From Chrysomallon squamiferum (taxonomy: Eukaryota; Animalia; Mollusca), in the NCBI GenBank assembly GCA_012295275.1, contig CM022679.1, positions 30,504,001 through 30,568,000 on the forward strand: a DNA stretch of 64,000 nucleotides, read 5' to 3'. Position numbers and translations under genes: made by a program. Shown here piece after piece: positions 41,974 to 60,064 of this stretch (position 1 is its first letter; each line of letters opens with the position of its first letter). The notes under the pieces are model-generated. The model did no database searches. It worked only from the letters and a program-made list of their open reading frames with translations, and was not told the DNA's origin.

Positions 41974-44900
41974 TTATACCAGCTGCATTTGTTTTTGCAA
42001 TCTATGTATTTCTTATTTATTTTTTTCCAGGAAGTAAATGTTTCCTGCCGAAAAGGTCGATCACCGTTATTTCCAACACTGAGTGATTATTAAAGAATAT
42101 AACTGAACGTTTTGGTTTCTTGTTTTCTCTTAGATCATTTATTCATTCTTTCGATCGTTCGTTATTTCGTTCGTTGATTTGTTAATTCGTTCGTTTGTTC
42201 GTTTATTTATCTATTCATTCGTTCGTTCGTCAGTTGTTTATTCATTTATTCTTTTGTTCGCTCGATCGCTCGTTCATTCGTTTCTTATATCGTTCGTTCG
42301 TTCATTCGTTCGTTCTTTCATTACTTCCTAGGTTGACTCCTTTATTTATTTATTTTTATATACCTATTACCTGAACCGCATTGTTACTGAAATCTAATAA
42401 CCTTAGACGAATATCCTGTTTCATATCTTTATAACAAACTGGTAAGACACTGATAAAGACAAGATATATTTGAAAATAAATAACTACTGTTGTTAGTACA
42501 GAAATACAAATCGAAAAGCAGTTGCCAACATTATCAAACGACATGTCTTATTAAATAAATACATGTATAATATGGGCGTTTTCTTTATTTTATATGGTCC
42601 AAACCAGTCAGTTTGGAAATGAGAGAACAATTACACAAACACACTTGGTGAACATCATGAAAGGATAAAATAAACGAAGAACATTCAAGTATATACAAAT
42701 AGAATGTATGGAGGTGGTAAAAATACATACTTAAAGTCAGACACATACGTAGAAGTAAAATAACTATTGTAGGTAAAGGAGGAGATGTATGTTTATGAGT
42801 TGAAGAGAACAGATCAAAAGCAGTACATTTAGAGTCAGACTTTAATTATAATTTGTTTCTGTATCTCTTTATCTGCTGTGAGAAACGAATACAAAATAAT
42901 AATAATTATCATACGCTTAGACCAAGCCATTTCCCAATTGAATTCTTATCTCTAGTTACTATTAAGTTATTCTGAGTCCCACTACACGATCACCGTACTT
43001 GTCCCTCAGCCAGCTTTCCATCAACAACAACAACAACAATTACTACTACCACTACTACCACTGCGGCTACTGCTGCTGCTGGTATTTTTGTTTTAAATAT
43101 TTTAGATAAAAGATCAACTGCATTTTAAACAAAACTAGCGTGTCTATTTGCAATTGGTTTTAAATAAGTGATGTTATAAGATTCCGATCCACAATCAGAG
43201 ATGATTGGTCGACCTGGTGTTAATATCTGTCCAACCGGATTTTCTGTGAATGGTAATTTTTCTCCACTCGAGTTTCTAAAATAACCGGCTAATTTCATCC
43301 TTTGTTCAAAAATAGCCGAGTCCATTACTCCGTCATCGCGAAGACCTTCTAAACCAGTTTTGGCCCAAATAGTGACTTTTCGGCTGTTGTTATAAAGTTA
43401 TATTTAACTGTTAGATTTACGATGTTTGTAGCTAATCCACATACGTACCTACCTACGTACCTACCTACCTACCTACCTATCTACCAACCTACCTATATAT
43501 ATATATATATATATTCATTAACACCTGTGTTGTTATCTTTTCACTACCTTGATTTCTCGGTAGCTGTATACTATATCAATTATTAATGTATTCTGCTTGT
43601 GAATAACAGATCACTAAACGTGTGCTGTGCTATAGCACTATTATTGTCTCTGATAATGTAAATGGAACAATAAATTGAAGGTTGTAAGATTAAGTGGTGC
43701 AAAAACCACATGATATCACGCTACGAGAGTACATTGATTAGATTCGATGTGTTACTCATTTCATTTGTCTACTCGTAGAATTATTGTAATTATGTAGATA
43801 CTTTGTATTTTGTTTTACACATTTTTCTCTGTCCGATTTCTGGTTAATGTTGTTTCATACGACTGATTTTGAAATAGATGTTTCTAAAGATAATTTAAAT
43901 GCTTTCTGATTATTGTGAAACGTTATTCGTAGATTATATTCATTTGCTGAATCAGATATTGGCGACAAAGTGAAAACGAAATTTGCGAGGGTGTTTCAAA
44001 AATGTTAGACAATTTTGGTAGGTGTTGGCTACTTGTGAAATTAAACTGTGACTTACAGAAAACAGGCACAAACTGCTCTAGTGCTCATGGGAATGCAGCA
44101 AAAATTGCGAATCATTTGAAATTAGGTTACTCAATCTTTTCAGGTGTTTTAAATATTCAATATTCCATCTATTTATTCTTTGAAAGGGGAGAAATAATTG
44201 TTGGTTAATGTAAATATAATATTGGAAACAGTATTTTTGCTTTTGGTAGCAACATTGTATTGTTATTATTATTATTAATATTATTATTATTGTTAGTAGT
44301 AATAATATCAGTAATAGTAGTAGAAATAGCAACAGTAGTAATAATGATAACAGTTTTAAAACTAGTAATAGCAGTAGTAGTAATAATGAAAAAGTTTTGA
44401 AACTAGTAATAGCAGTACTAGGCAGTAAAGTAGTTACAGAAGTAGAACTAGTAATACCTGTGAGAGTAGTAGTATTAATAAAATAAGTTCTAGTACTGAT
44501 AGAAGTGGTAGTAGTAATAGTAGCAGATGTAGAAGTACTATTAGTAGTAGTAGTAGCATTGCTAGACATATTAGTTGTATTGTAGTATTAGGAACTATCG
44601 TATTAGTAGCAGCAGTAGTTATTATACTACTATTAGTAGAATAGTACTAGTTAAAGTAGTAGTAGAAGTAGCAGTACTAGAAGAAGTAGTAAGAGTAATA
44701 TAGCAGTAGTTATACCAAAAGAAGAACAAGTATCATTAGTATTATTATTAGCAGAAGTTGTAGGACTAGAAAAAGAAAAATGTCTTGAAGTGGTAGTAAT
44801 AGTAATACTATATTATGCAATAGTAGTACTAATAGTAGTAATAGTGGAAGAAGAAAAAGTTGTAGTAGTAGAAAAAAGAGGAAGAAGAAATGGTAATAGT

Positions 44901-45372
44901 AGTGGTGGTAGTTGTATAAAAAAAGACGAAGAAGTAGTAGTTCTGTAAGAAAGAAAATGGTAATAATAAACAAGGAAACAGCTGGTTATTAATTATTAGT
45001 TTACTGTAAGCAAATAACAACACAGCAGTCTGAAGAAACACATTTTGTCATTATTAATATGGTAATTACTGTCAGCATTAACATTAGTAGTAGTAGTGTA
45101 TTATTATTATTATTATTAGTTGTTGTTGTGCTGGTAGTAATATAATAATTATTATTAGTAGTTGTAGTAGAAGTAGTGGTAGCAGTAATAGACGTAGTAG
45201 TTACAGGAGCAATAGCCGTACTAGTACCACTAACAGTAGTAGTTTTAGTGATGGTAGTAATATAATTATTAGTAGTAATAGTACTATTACTAAAAATAGT
45301 GGAAATAGTAGCAATATAATAGTAGCAATAGAAGTGATAGTAGTGGCATAAATAATAACAATTTTAATTGTA

Positions 45373-46134
45373 AAGTGGTACCTCGAGTTACAAGCGCCCT
45401 GACTTACGGGTTTTTCGAGTTAAGAGCGCTCGCACAGTCGATTTTTCGCTTTGAGTTGCGACCCAAACTCCGATTTACGGAGACCTTCAGATTTGCCGCT
45501 GCTAGTTGGCGCAACGAACAACACAACATCCGTCCAGCATCCAACGTCTCACTGGTTTGCTTCACGTGGTTACCTCGCCTTGAAAGCATCTCTGTTGTGT
45601 TGAGCTCGCGTTTTCTGCAGCATTTTTTTTTTCAAATTTCCATGGATTCTAAGAGTGAGTACAAAGGACAGTACTGACAAGAAGAAGCGGAATATCTCCA
45701 TTCAGTTATAGCATGAAATTATAGAAAACCATGAGTAAGGTGTGCGTGTAGTTAACATGGCTAGGCAGTACGAGCGTAGTACTTTACGATATGTACATAC
45801 TGAAACAGAAGGAGTCGATAAAGGCTATAACTCCTGCCAAATTTCTAAGCTGCGGACCTTTGTCCATGAAAAGATGAAAAAACCCTATCACTGTACACTT
45901 TACAAAACGAATTTATTTATTTACATTCTCTTTTATTTAGTTTTTTTTAAAACAATATTTGTTACCTATACATATATCTTTCTTATTTAAAAACGCGTTA
46001 CAAAAAATAAAAAGAAGAAAGATTAATGGTATTTCAATTAATTTCTTTTGGGAAAATTGATTTGATATACGAACAAATTTGAGTTACGAGCTCGGACACG
46101 GAACGAATTAAACTCATAATTCAAGGTATCACTG
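45373..46134 (+). mobile_element. Tigger/pogo-like element
   Basis: Same TIRs, site and transposase remnant (MARQYERSTLRY…). Confidence 0.85.
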
Positions 46135-46231
46135 TATTAGGAAAAAACTGCAGAACCATTTGTAATAACAGTCGTAATAATTGTTGCAGTAGTAAGTATT
46201 AGGAATAGTAATAGTAGTAACAATCATAGTA

Positions 46232-46263
<32 letters not shown>

Positions 46264-46721
46264 GTACTACTACTACTAATAGTAATGATATTACTACTAC
46301 TAATAATACTAATACTAATACTACTACTAATAGTAGTTGTGGTAGTAGTGACAATAATAGTAATATTTGTAATAATAGTAGTAGCAGTATTAACAGTAGT
46401 AGTAGTAGCAATAGCAGTAATAGTAACATATGTAGTAGTAGTAATATATGTAGTAATAGTAGTAAAAGCAGTTGTAGCAGTAGCAATACCAGGTATTTAT
46501 ATAATAATTATAGTGTGGTAATAGTGTAGTACTAGTTGCAACAATAAAATTGATGAAATACTAGTTGTAGTAATAGTAATACTAGTAGCAGTAGCAATAT
46601 TTGTAATATATGTAATAATAGTAGGGGTAGGAGCAAATGTTTTGTTATTACCATCATCGTTATCATTTATTAATAGTGAATTAATAAATCCACCTTTTTT
46701 TTGAAGCAACACCAACAATAG

Positions 46722-46757
<36 letters not shown>

Positions 46758-46905
46758 CAAAGCCTTCCATATGTTGTTCGATACATTTTAATTACTTTTA
46801 CACTAATTTAAACTGGATAAGAAGGATTTTTTCTGCATAACTGCTTCTAGTAATTAAAAATTATTCAAATTACGACGCAGCTGACAATAAATTATTAAAC
46901 TACTC

Positions 46906-47067
46906 TATATAAGTAAGAAAACAGACGATACTGCGATAAAAAAAAGCAGACTGGAAGAGAAGTTTTGAAAGAAGAACTGATTCTATTTAACGGTAACAAC
47001 AAAATTTCTTACTCTTCTTCTTCTTCTTCTTCTTCTTCTTCTTCTTCTTCTTCTTCTATTTCTTCTT

Positions 47068-47098
<31 letters not shown>

Positions 47099-47760
47099 TG
47101 ACGATGATGATGATTATTAATATTACTATTATTGTTGTTGTTGTTGTTGTTATTGTTGTTTTTGGTCCGCCTAAAGCGAGCTAGCGAATGTGTGCCAGGT
47201 GTTCGAGTCTCATTATTTATTTATTTATTTATTTATGTATTTATTAACATTCTACTTTAGAACATTAGTATTTATCAGTATTATTTTTTCAATTAGTAGT
47301 TGTCAAAGGACATCTCTTATTAAATAAATACATGTATAATATGGGCGTTTTCTTTATTTTGTATGGTCCAAACCAGTCAGTTTGGAAATGGGAGAACAAT
47401 TACACAAACAGACTTGGTGAACAACATTCAAGTATAAAATAAACAGAATGTATGGAGGTGGTAAAAATACATACTTAAAATCAGACACATTCGTAGAAGT
47501 AAAATAACTATGGTGGGTAAAGAAGGACATGTATGTTTATGAGTTGAAGAGAACAGATCAAAAGCATTACGTTTAGACTCAGACTTTAATTATAATTTTT
47601 ATCTGTATCTCTTTATTTGCTGTGAGAAACGAATATAAAATAATAATAATTATTATACGCTTAAGACCAAGCCATTTCCCAATTGAATTCTTATCTCTAG
47701 TTACTATTAAGTTATTCTGAGTCCCACTACACGATCACCGTACTTCTCCCTCAGCCAGCT
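46906..47760 (+). pseudogene. Empty unit: promoter and non-coding exon 1 retained, all coding exons deleted
   Basis: Matches 32491-32821 up to about 47298, then jumps to sequence matching about 36003/17943 (tcaaaggacatctcttatt). About 3.2 kb is missing relative to the P3 unit. Confidence 0.85.
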
Positions 47761-48210
47761 TTCCATCAACAACAACAACAACAACTACTAATACTACTAC
47801 CACTGCGGCTACTAGTACTGCTGGTGGTATTTTTATTTTTAATATTTTAGATAAAAGATCAACTGCATTTTAAACAAAACTAGCGTGTCTATTTGCAATT
47901 GGTTTTAAATAAGAGTCAGTAATGTTATAAGATTCCGATCCAGAATCAGAGATGATTGGTTGACCGGGTGTTAATATCTGTACAACCGGATTTTCTGTGA
48001 ATGGTAATTTTTCTCCACTCGAGTTTCTAAAATAACCGGCTAATTTCATCCTTTGTTCAAAAATAGCTGTGTCCATTACTCCGTCACCGCGAAGACCTTC
48101 TAAACCAGTTTTGGCCCAAATATTGACTTTTCGGCGGTTGTTATAAAGTTATAATTAACTGTTAGATTTACGATGTTTGTAGCTAATCCTCATACCTATC
48201 TACCTACCTA

Positions 48211-48246
<36 letters not shown>

Positions 48247-48852
48247 TTAACATCTGCGTTGTTATCTTTTCACTACATTGGTTTCTCGGTATCTGTATAC
48301 TATATCAATGATTAATGTATTTTGCTTGTAAAAAACACGTCACTAAACGTGATTTATAAGTGGTATAGCACCATTATTGTCTCTGATAATGTAAATGGAA
48401 CAATAAAAATAAGGCTGTAAAATTAAGTGGTGCAAAAACAACATGATATCACGCTACGAGAGTACATTGATTAGATTCGATGTGTTACTCATTTCATTTG
48501 TCTACTCGTAGAATTATTGTAATTTTATACTTTGTATTTTGTTTTAGACATTTTTCTCTGTCCGATTTCTGAATAATGTGTTTTCATACGATTGATTTTG
48601 AAACAGATGTTTCTAAAGATAGTTTCAATACATACGGATTGTTGTGAAATGTTATACATAGATTATATTCATTTGCGGAAGCAGATGTTCATATTGTTGG
48701 CATTATTTCATAAAATCTATCGTTTTTTTATATTTTTGGTTTTTCTTTTGTTTTTATTGTTTCTTTTGTTGTTTTTTTTGTTTCATTCTTCTTATTATTA
48801 TTTAAACTTTTTTTTTAACGGGACAGACTTTTTTCGCGACATTATAGATTTA

Positions 48853-48915
<63 letters not shown>

Positions 48916-49485
48916 TAAAAATAATAATAATAGTTCTAGCTTCTTCAGTTTGACGAAACGTAATTTTTTTGATTATTTATTTTTCTTTTCTTAAACAAAT
49001 AAAAATAAAATAAAATAAAATAAAATAAAATAAAATAACTAACTAACTAACTAAATAAAAACAAAGTAAGTATAAAATGCGTTCAGTTTCGGCAGACAAA
49101 TACTCAAACACTTTTGACAGAAACGAATACAGCCTTGGACTCTTATTATTATTATTATTTTATTAGGGTACGTCGAGTCTTGTCTTGACTTTTAATAAGA
49201 AATGTTATGGTACCAAGCAGAAATATGCTAACTCGTTTCTATTTCGTTTTGTAAAATAACAATGCATTTATACCATTCAAAAGACAACTTACTTCAAGAG
49301 ATATCTTCGTCATATTTGCTAGATCTATTCAGTAATGTGCTCTATTCATAAAGACAGTAACAGAAGTAGACCACTGGAATAAATATTAAATATTATGTTT
49401 TTTGATGTTTTTCATACTTAATACATAAACGTGAACACTTCTAATGAGTATAAGTTGTCGAATACATCCCTTTGAATCCTCAAAC

Positions 49486-49516
<31 letters not shown>

Positions 49517-52423
49517 TTACTTCTTTAAAAAAAAATCACTGTAACGCTTTCCATAGCACTAAATAATAATTTAAACCTGTATGGAACAATCAGTTCAGTA
49601 ATAAATTTGTCAGATTCCAGTTAATTATGACAGTTATAGAATTTTAATATATTTGAAATTTATTACATATAAATAATACGTACGTCAATTCACACTGAAT
49701 GTCAGTCTGCTTTTTAACTACATAATCATTTGAGCAGTAGCAGTAGTTGAACAAGGAGACAAGAAGAAAAAGATAAGGAGAAGAAGAATACGAAGATGAA
49801 GTAGTAGTAGAACCAAAAGAAAAGGTAAAGGAAGAAGAAGTATTAGTGGTATTATTTATGGTAGTTAAAGAAGAAGTTATATTAATGTGATAAAACATTG
49901 TACACACACACACACACAGAGACAGACACACACGCACATATATGAATATATATTTATATATGTACATATAATGTAATATGTAATAAAGTAGTAGAAGCAG
50001 GAAATATTTTGTTACCATCATGATCGTTATCATTTGTTAATATTATCGTTGCTGAATGAATATGCTCTTTCTTTTTTTAACAACAATAATAACAAAAGCA
50101 GCAGCAAAAAACCCCAAAAACTAATCCACAAAAACAAAAAACAGCCCTCCATATGTTGTTCAAACAAATTTTAGTTACTTTTATTTTGACTGTAACTGGA
50201 TAGGATGGAATTTTTTCTGCATATCTGCGTCCAGTAATTAAATATTACTCGATTTTCCACGCAGTTGGCAGTAAATTATTAGTCTACTCTATATAAGTAA
50301 CAAAACATTCGAACTACGATAACATAACAGACTGGAAGAGAAGTTTTGAAAGAAGAACTGGTTCTATTTAACGGTAACAACAAAATTTCTTACTTTTCTT
50401 CTTCTTCTTCTTCTTCTGATTATTATTATTAATATTATTATATTTATTATTATTATTATTGTTATTATTATTATTATTATTATTGCTATTATTGTTGTTG
50501 TTGTTGTTGTTGTTAATTCTAGTATTAGTCGTAATATAAGAAGTTATCAAATCACGTGCGGGCGAATGGGTGTCAGATGTTCGAGTCTCATCAGCGGCAT
50601 CTGAAGGTTGTGAGGTCGTAATATAATTATTTATTTATTCATCAACATTCTGTGTTGACACGGCGGGTTAGTATTTCTCAGTAGTATTTCTTTTATTAGT
50701 ATTTAATGATTCACTTTCGGCTAACACGTAATACATAAGAATGTCGCGTATGTTGCACCTGAATTTCTCGTTATAAATACGTGTATGTCACAGACATTTA
50801 AATAGTTATTGTTGTTTTTTTGTTTATTTGTCTTTGCATTACTATTTACGACCCTCATTAAACATCACTTTGATCCCTGAATGTTTATTCGATTCCACAT
50901 AATATTATGGTCAGTAATCCTGTAATACTTGATGCAATTTTTTTTGAATTCCTGTTATTAAGAAATGTTAGATTATTTTAGGTTTTTTTTTTTTTTTGGT
51001 TTTTTTAAATTTTTCACATACAATAATAACAATGAACTGAATGTGCAACTGGAAGATTTTGAAGAGTATTATTACAAAAAGCAATATATTCAGTTTGTTT
51101 TTAAGAAAAACGACAACAATAAAAATAAATAAAATAAAATAAAATAATGTAAATATAAAATAATAATAATTAAATAAATATATATATATAAAATGGAGCT
51201 AATAGAATTTCCAAATAAAAATATATTAGTACTGTCAGATTTATAACACACTTTACCAAAAGGTGGAAATAAAATGGCTACCAACGGGCGATATTTTAGA
51301 ATTTAATAACTCTTAAATTTCTTCTTTAAAAAAAACCATCTGGTTTTTATTGCAATTTATGATGAATCGTTCTAGTAATTCACTTCAGGTAGATGTGACC
51401 TGGCTCTAAGCTGTTGGAAACTCTAAATACCGTAAAACCAGTTTTAACAAAGATGAAGCTGTAGAAATAAATGAACTGAAATTCAAAGGCTCTGACTGGA
51501 ATGGCTGTAAGAAGTAGCTTTATCAGCTAATAGTAAAGTCATACCTTGCCCAATACTACCCAGGGTATCTTCCCATTTGGTAGAATTCCCAGTTCGTATA
51601 ATTCCCATTTCGTAGAAAAAGCTGGTCTACCGCAATACCTGATTACCTCTATATAATGAACTTGGCCTGTACATACATCTGGTTTCTTTCTAACATTCAG
51701 AGGCGGAGCACATTGTTCCTAAATATGTTCCGAAAGCAGAATAAGCATTCACAACTCATTTGTTGTAAATGTTTTACTTTTTCATTATTATCATCATCAT
51801 CTTCCTCTTCCTCATTATCATCAACATTATTATTATTATAATAATAATATTATTATTATTGTTGTTATTATCATTGTTATTATTATTATTCGTATTCTTC
51901 TTATTCTTATTATTATAATTATTATTATTATTATTATTATTTAAACTGGTCATTTCTAATTCATAAACATTTCCTTTCCATTACAAAACAAGCGACCAAT
52001 AATAAACAATTTTACAAGTTAAAAACAGTGGTTACTTTCTCGCTGATGAGATTTGACATAAAAAAAAAATGGTGAACTAAGGAGAAATAAAACGGCAGTT
52101 TAGACATAAATGATTTAATAGATTATAAGTAAACATTAAGTCATTTACAAATCATTTACAAATACATTAAGTAATAATTACATTCAGAGCGATGCGTATT
52201 GTTCCTAAATCGATTATGTAACATCAACCTAAAGCAGAATAAGCGTTCACAACTCATTTGTTGTCGATTTGTTACTTTTTCATCATTTCATCATCTTCCT
52301 CCTTCTCATTATCATCATCATAATTATCATCATCATTATTATTATATTATTATTATATTATTATTGTTGTTATTATTATTATTATTGTTATTCTTCTTCT
52401 TCTTCTTATTATAATTCTTCTTC

Positions 52424-52473
<50 letters not shown>

Positions 52474-53317
52474 TTTTTTTAAACTGGTCATTTCTAATTC
52501 ATAAACATTTCCTTTCCGTTTCAAAACAAGCAACCAATAATAAACAATTTTACATCAATTTCATCTATCTATTAAAAAACAAAACGAAAAAAGAATGAAA
52601 GAAAAGAAAAATGGCTTGCTTCTGTAAGAGAATACGACAAAAATATTATAAATAACTAATTCAGCAATATAATTTTTAACAAAACATATTTTACATGCGA
52701 GTAATTTACTTATATTCAGTAAATAGAATATTTGAATGTTACATTTATCATTAACTTTTCGAATTCAACAAAATTCAGCTTAAACATGTACAAGATATCT
52801 GTTACTGATCATATTTACGTTATGCACACATACATATTCAGATTGTGACACAGTATATTAATAGTATGTACACTAAAGGTATTATGACCTGCAAATACTT
52901 TGGCTTGTCTGAAAAAGTTTATACGAAGGATCAAATCATTGGGAATACTTTTAGATAAATACCTTCTTTTTTTATTATTTACATTCACTATATTCGATAC
53001 ATAGATTATTTCGATATTTGTCATATTTGCATACTTTATGCGATAAGCGATATCCATACTACAATAATACCTCAGATTAAAGATGTAATTGTTTCCAAAT
53101 TTCCGATAGTGAAGTGAGGTATCGTTAAGCGAGAGACTAATTTACATAGAATTAAGGTTATTTTCTCGCTGATGAGATCTGACATAAAAAAAGAGGTGAA
53201 ATAAGGAGAAATAAAACGGCAGTTTAGACATAAATGATTTAATAGATTGTAGATATTAAGTAAACAGTAAATCATTTACAAATCAATTTATACAAATACA
53301 TTAAGAAATGTCCAAAA

Positions 53318-54242
53318 CTGCCCAGTCCTGTCGACATTGCCCAATACTGCCCTGTACTGCAGACATTGCCCAATACTGCCCTGTACTGCAGACATTGCCC
53401 AATACTGCCCTGTACTGCCGACATTGCCCTGTACTGCCGACATTGCCCAATACTGCCCTGTCCTGCCGACATTGCCCAATACTGCCCTGTCCTGCCGACA
53501 TTGCCCAATACTGCCCTGTACTGCCCTGTACTGCCGACATTGCCCAATACTGCCCTGTACTGCCGACATTGCCCTGTACTGCCGACATTGCCCTGTACTG
53601 CCGACATTGCCCAATACTGCCCTGTACTGCCGACATTGCCCAATACTGCCCTGTACTGCCGACATTGCCCAATACTGCCCAGTCCTGTCGACATTGCCCA
53701 ATACTGCCCTGTACTGCCGACATTGCCCAATACTGCCCTGTACTGCCGACATTGCCCAATACTGCCCTGTACTGCCGACATTGCCCAATACTGCCCTGTA
53801 CTGCCGACATTGCCCAATACTGCCCAGTCCTGTCGACATTGCCCAATACTGCCCTGTACTGCCGACATTGCCCAATACTGCCCTGTACGGCCGACATTGC
53901 CCAATACTGCCATGTACTGTCGACATTGCCCAATACTGCCCTGTACTGCCGACATTGCCCAATACTGCCCAGTCCTGTCGACATTGCCCAATACTGCCCT
54001 GTACTGCCGACATTGCCCAATACTGCCCTGTACTGCCGACATTGCCCAATACTGCCCTGTACTGCCGACATTGCCCAATACTGCCCTGTACTGCCGACAT
54101 TGCCCAATACTGCCCTGTACTGCCGACATTGCCCAATACTGCCCTGTACTGCCGACATTGCCCAATACTGCCCTGTACTGCCGACATTGCCCAATACTGC
54201 CCTGTACTGCCGACATTGCCCAATACTGCCCAGTACTGCCCA
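53318..54242. repeat. GC-rich 29-bp minisatellite (ctgccctgtactgccgacattgcccaata), about 30 units, within intron 1 of P5
   Basis: Direct inspection. Built from about 10-bp sub-repeats centred on tgcc. No stops in any frame. Confidence 0.95.
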
Positions 54243-54720
54243 AAACTTCTTTAGATACCTTGCTGTGATCATCGTAATTGACCGTTTCCGAACAACCCCC
54301 CCCCCCCAAATTATCACCTCCATTTGAATGCTGGGTTCATTTTACAAGCAAAATATTTATTCTGAGTCACTCTATTCCTGTATTATTTTATAGTTTATAT
54401 TTTGTATTTTCTAAAGAAATGTAACTCGAAAAGTGTCAATTAAGTCATATTATGTTTGTTACCCCCAAATTTTGTCCGTTTGAATGTTGTTCATTTTCTA
54501 TATGTTAATATTTATTTTTCAAACAGTATTAAATTGTAAGCAACTGTTATTTTTCAGTCTATGTCACTGTGGATATATATCACTATATAAAATGGTGTAT
54601 ATGGATTAAATTTCAGACAATGACAGATTGTAAAAAAAACTGTTGTTTTTCATAGTCTGTTTCAATAACTGTGATAGATATAATTATTTAAAGTGGTGTA
54701 TACTGTTTATATTTCAGACA

Positions 54721-57471
<2,751 letters not shown>

Positions 57472-58449
57472 ACTGCACATAACTGGGTTTTTGTGCCGAA
57501 GAGGTCGATCACCGTTATTTCCAAACCTGAGTGATTATTAAAGAATATAACTGAACGTTTTGGGTTCTTGTTTTTCTCTTAGGTCATTTATTCATTCTTT
57601 CTTTCGTTAATTTGTTAGTGCGTTCGTTTGTTCGTTTATTTATCTATACGTTTGTTCTATCGTTTGTTCATTCGTTCGTTGTATGGCGGGGGTAAACGTA
57701 CATACATAAAATCAGACACGTACGTAGAAGTAAAATAACTATGGTAGGTAAAGGAGGACATGTATGTTTATGAGTTGAAGAGAACAGATCAAAAGCAGTA
57801 CGTTTAGAGTCAGTCTTTAATTATAATTTTTATCTGTATCTCTTTGTCTGCTGTGAGAAATGAAAATAAAATAATAATAATTATTATACGCTTAGACCAA
57901 GCCATTTCCCAATTGAATTCTTATCTCTAGTTACTATTCAGTTATTCTGAGTCTCACTACACGATAATCGTAATCCTCTCTCAGACAGCTTCAAGATAAG
58001 AGTAAAGTTTACAACTGCACCGATAGCCATCCTAACATTAAAAACTTCACCAAACTTATCCTACATTTTTCTTTACACATACTGTATGACTTTTGTTTAC
58101 AGTGTTTGTATGATTGCAATTACTATACTGTTCTTGTGTTATATTGTAATATAGAGCTATTATGTCTATCAAAGCTCAGTGCTTCAGTAAGTGTTAGGGT
58201 TAATATTTACTTTAGCGATTTTCCAGTCTTCTGCATTTTCGAACCGGTGTTCTCCTCTATCAGACCGTACAGTCGAGGGAATATGTAAAAAATATATGTT
58301 AAAAACATTACAGTAGAGACGATACGTGAACAATTTTGTACATAACAATAACGTGTTATCTACTGCTGGTCAAAACAAGCGATTTGTTAACTAAGGGATA
58401 CAACTGTTGATTAGGGATTCAAAGGATCTTGCGTGTATGTGTGTGTGCA

Positions 58450-58583
<134 letters not shown>

Positions 58584-58610
58584 ATTCTGTCTGTATATGT
58601 GTGTAGGTGT

Positions 58611-58643
<33 letters not shown>

Positions 58644-59183
58644 AACATGTAACTAACAAGTAATTGATCCGAGTGAATATACTATCGGCCGAATAAGTTA
58701 CATTTTAGGTCACAGCCTTGGGCCCCGTGTCTATTTTCTGTTTCCTATTTACACACGGTTAATTATTAATTTTTAAAAATTTAAAACATTTTTTTAAGGT
58801 TTTGTAAAGAATTGTTCTTTTTGTCCACCGCCCCCCACCCCCGGTAATCCGGTCCTGGTTACTTGTTGGCTAAATCAATCACACTTGTATTTCCTTGTGT
58901 AAGTGGAAACGTTAATATAGTCAGTGAAAAGGGAAGAAACTCCTGTAGTAGCAATTACGTATCGTATATGGGAAATAACTCTTATATATATCAGTTAGTG
59001 TGTTTGTTGGAGTTTATAAATTAAACTAATATTACCTCTGTCGCCTTTGCTACTGTTATTACTACCACTCCTACCACTATTATTACTGCTACTGCTACAA
59101 AAACTACTACCACTACTACTACCATTACTACTATTCCTGTTACTACTGTTGCTGCTACTACTTCTACTAGAACTACTAAGAAC

Positions 59184-59229
<46 letters not shown>

Positions 59230-59461
59230 TACTGTTTTACTTATGTAATGTATTTAAATTTCAGAACAACGTCTCTTTACCTTATTATTTATGTATCACT
59301 GATGTAAATAAGGTTCATCACAAAACGCAATAAAAGACAGATTTAAAAAAAAAAAAATTAAAAACGAAGAAAACTTTGAGTTCTCGGTTCTAAAATATCG
59401 GACTTTGTTAACCATTTTATTTCCACTTTTTGTTGTAAATCACAGATATTGACACTCACAA

Positions 59462-59658
<197 letters not shown>

Positions 59659-60020
59659 TTACTAATTTTTTTTAGGTCAGATGAATTATGTACCTGTTTA
59701 TGGTCACACTAACTCTTAAACGAGAATTCAAAAAAAAAAAATAATAATAAAATAAAATAAAAATCAATACAAAAAAAATAAAAATGAGTAGTATCTGTAA
59801 TATAAAATAATTTTTTTTTTTCCCACTGGAAGTATAATTTTAAAATAATCATGAATAATTCATTTGACTATAAAATGTATTTTTGTAAATTAATAGTCTT
59901 CAGAAGGTTGATTTGATCTCGTAAACAACACCTGGTTTCGATTCTCAGCCAGATAACCTGAAACTTCATAATAAAATTATACGTTATTACATTTCAGTTC
60001 TGTTTTTAATTTAATTTTTT

Positions 60021-60064
<44 letters not shown>

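Noticed and set aside
53272-54327. Six overlapping 300-345 aa ORFs (Cys-rich or GQYWAMS repeats)
   Set aside because: Stop-free 29-bp minisatellite open in all frames, lying in an intron; no unique coding context.
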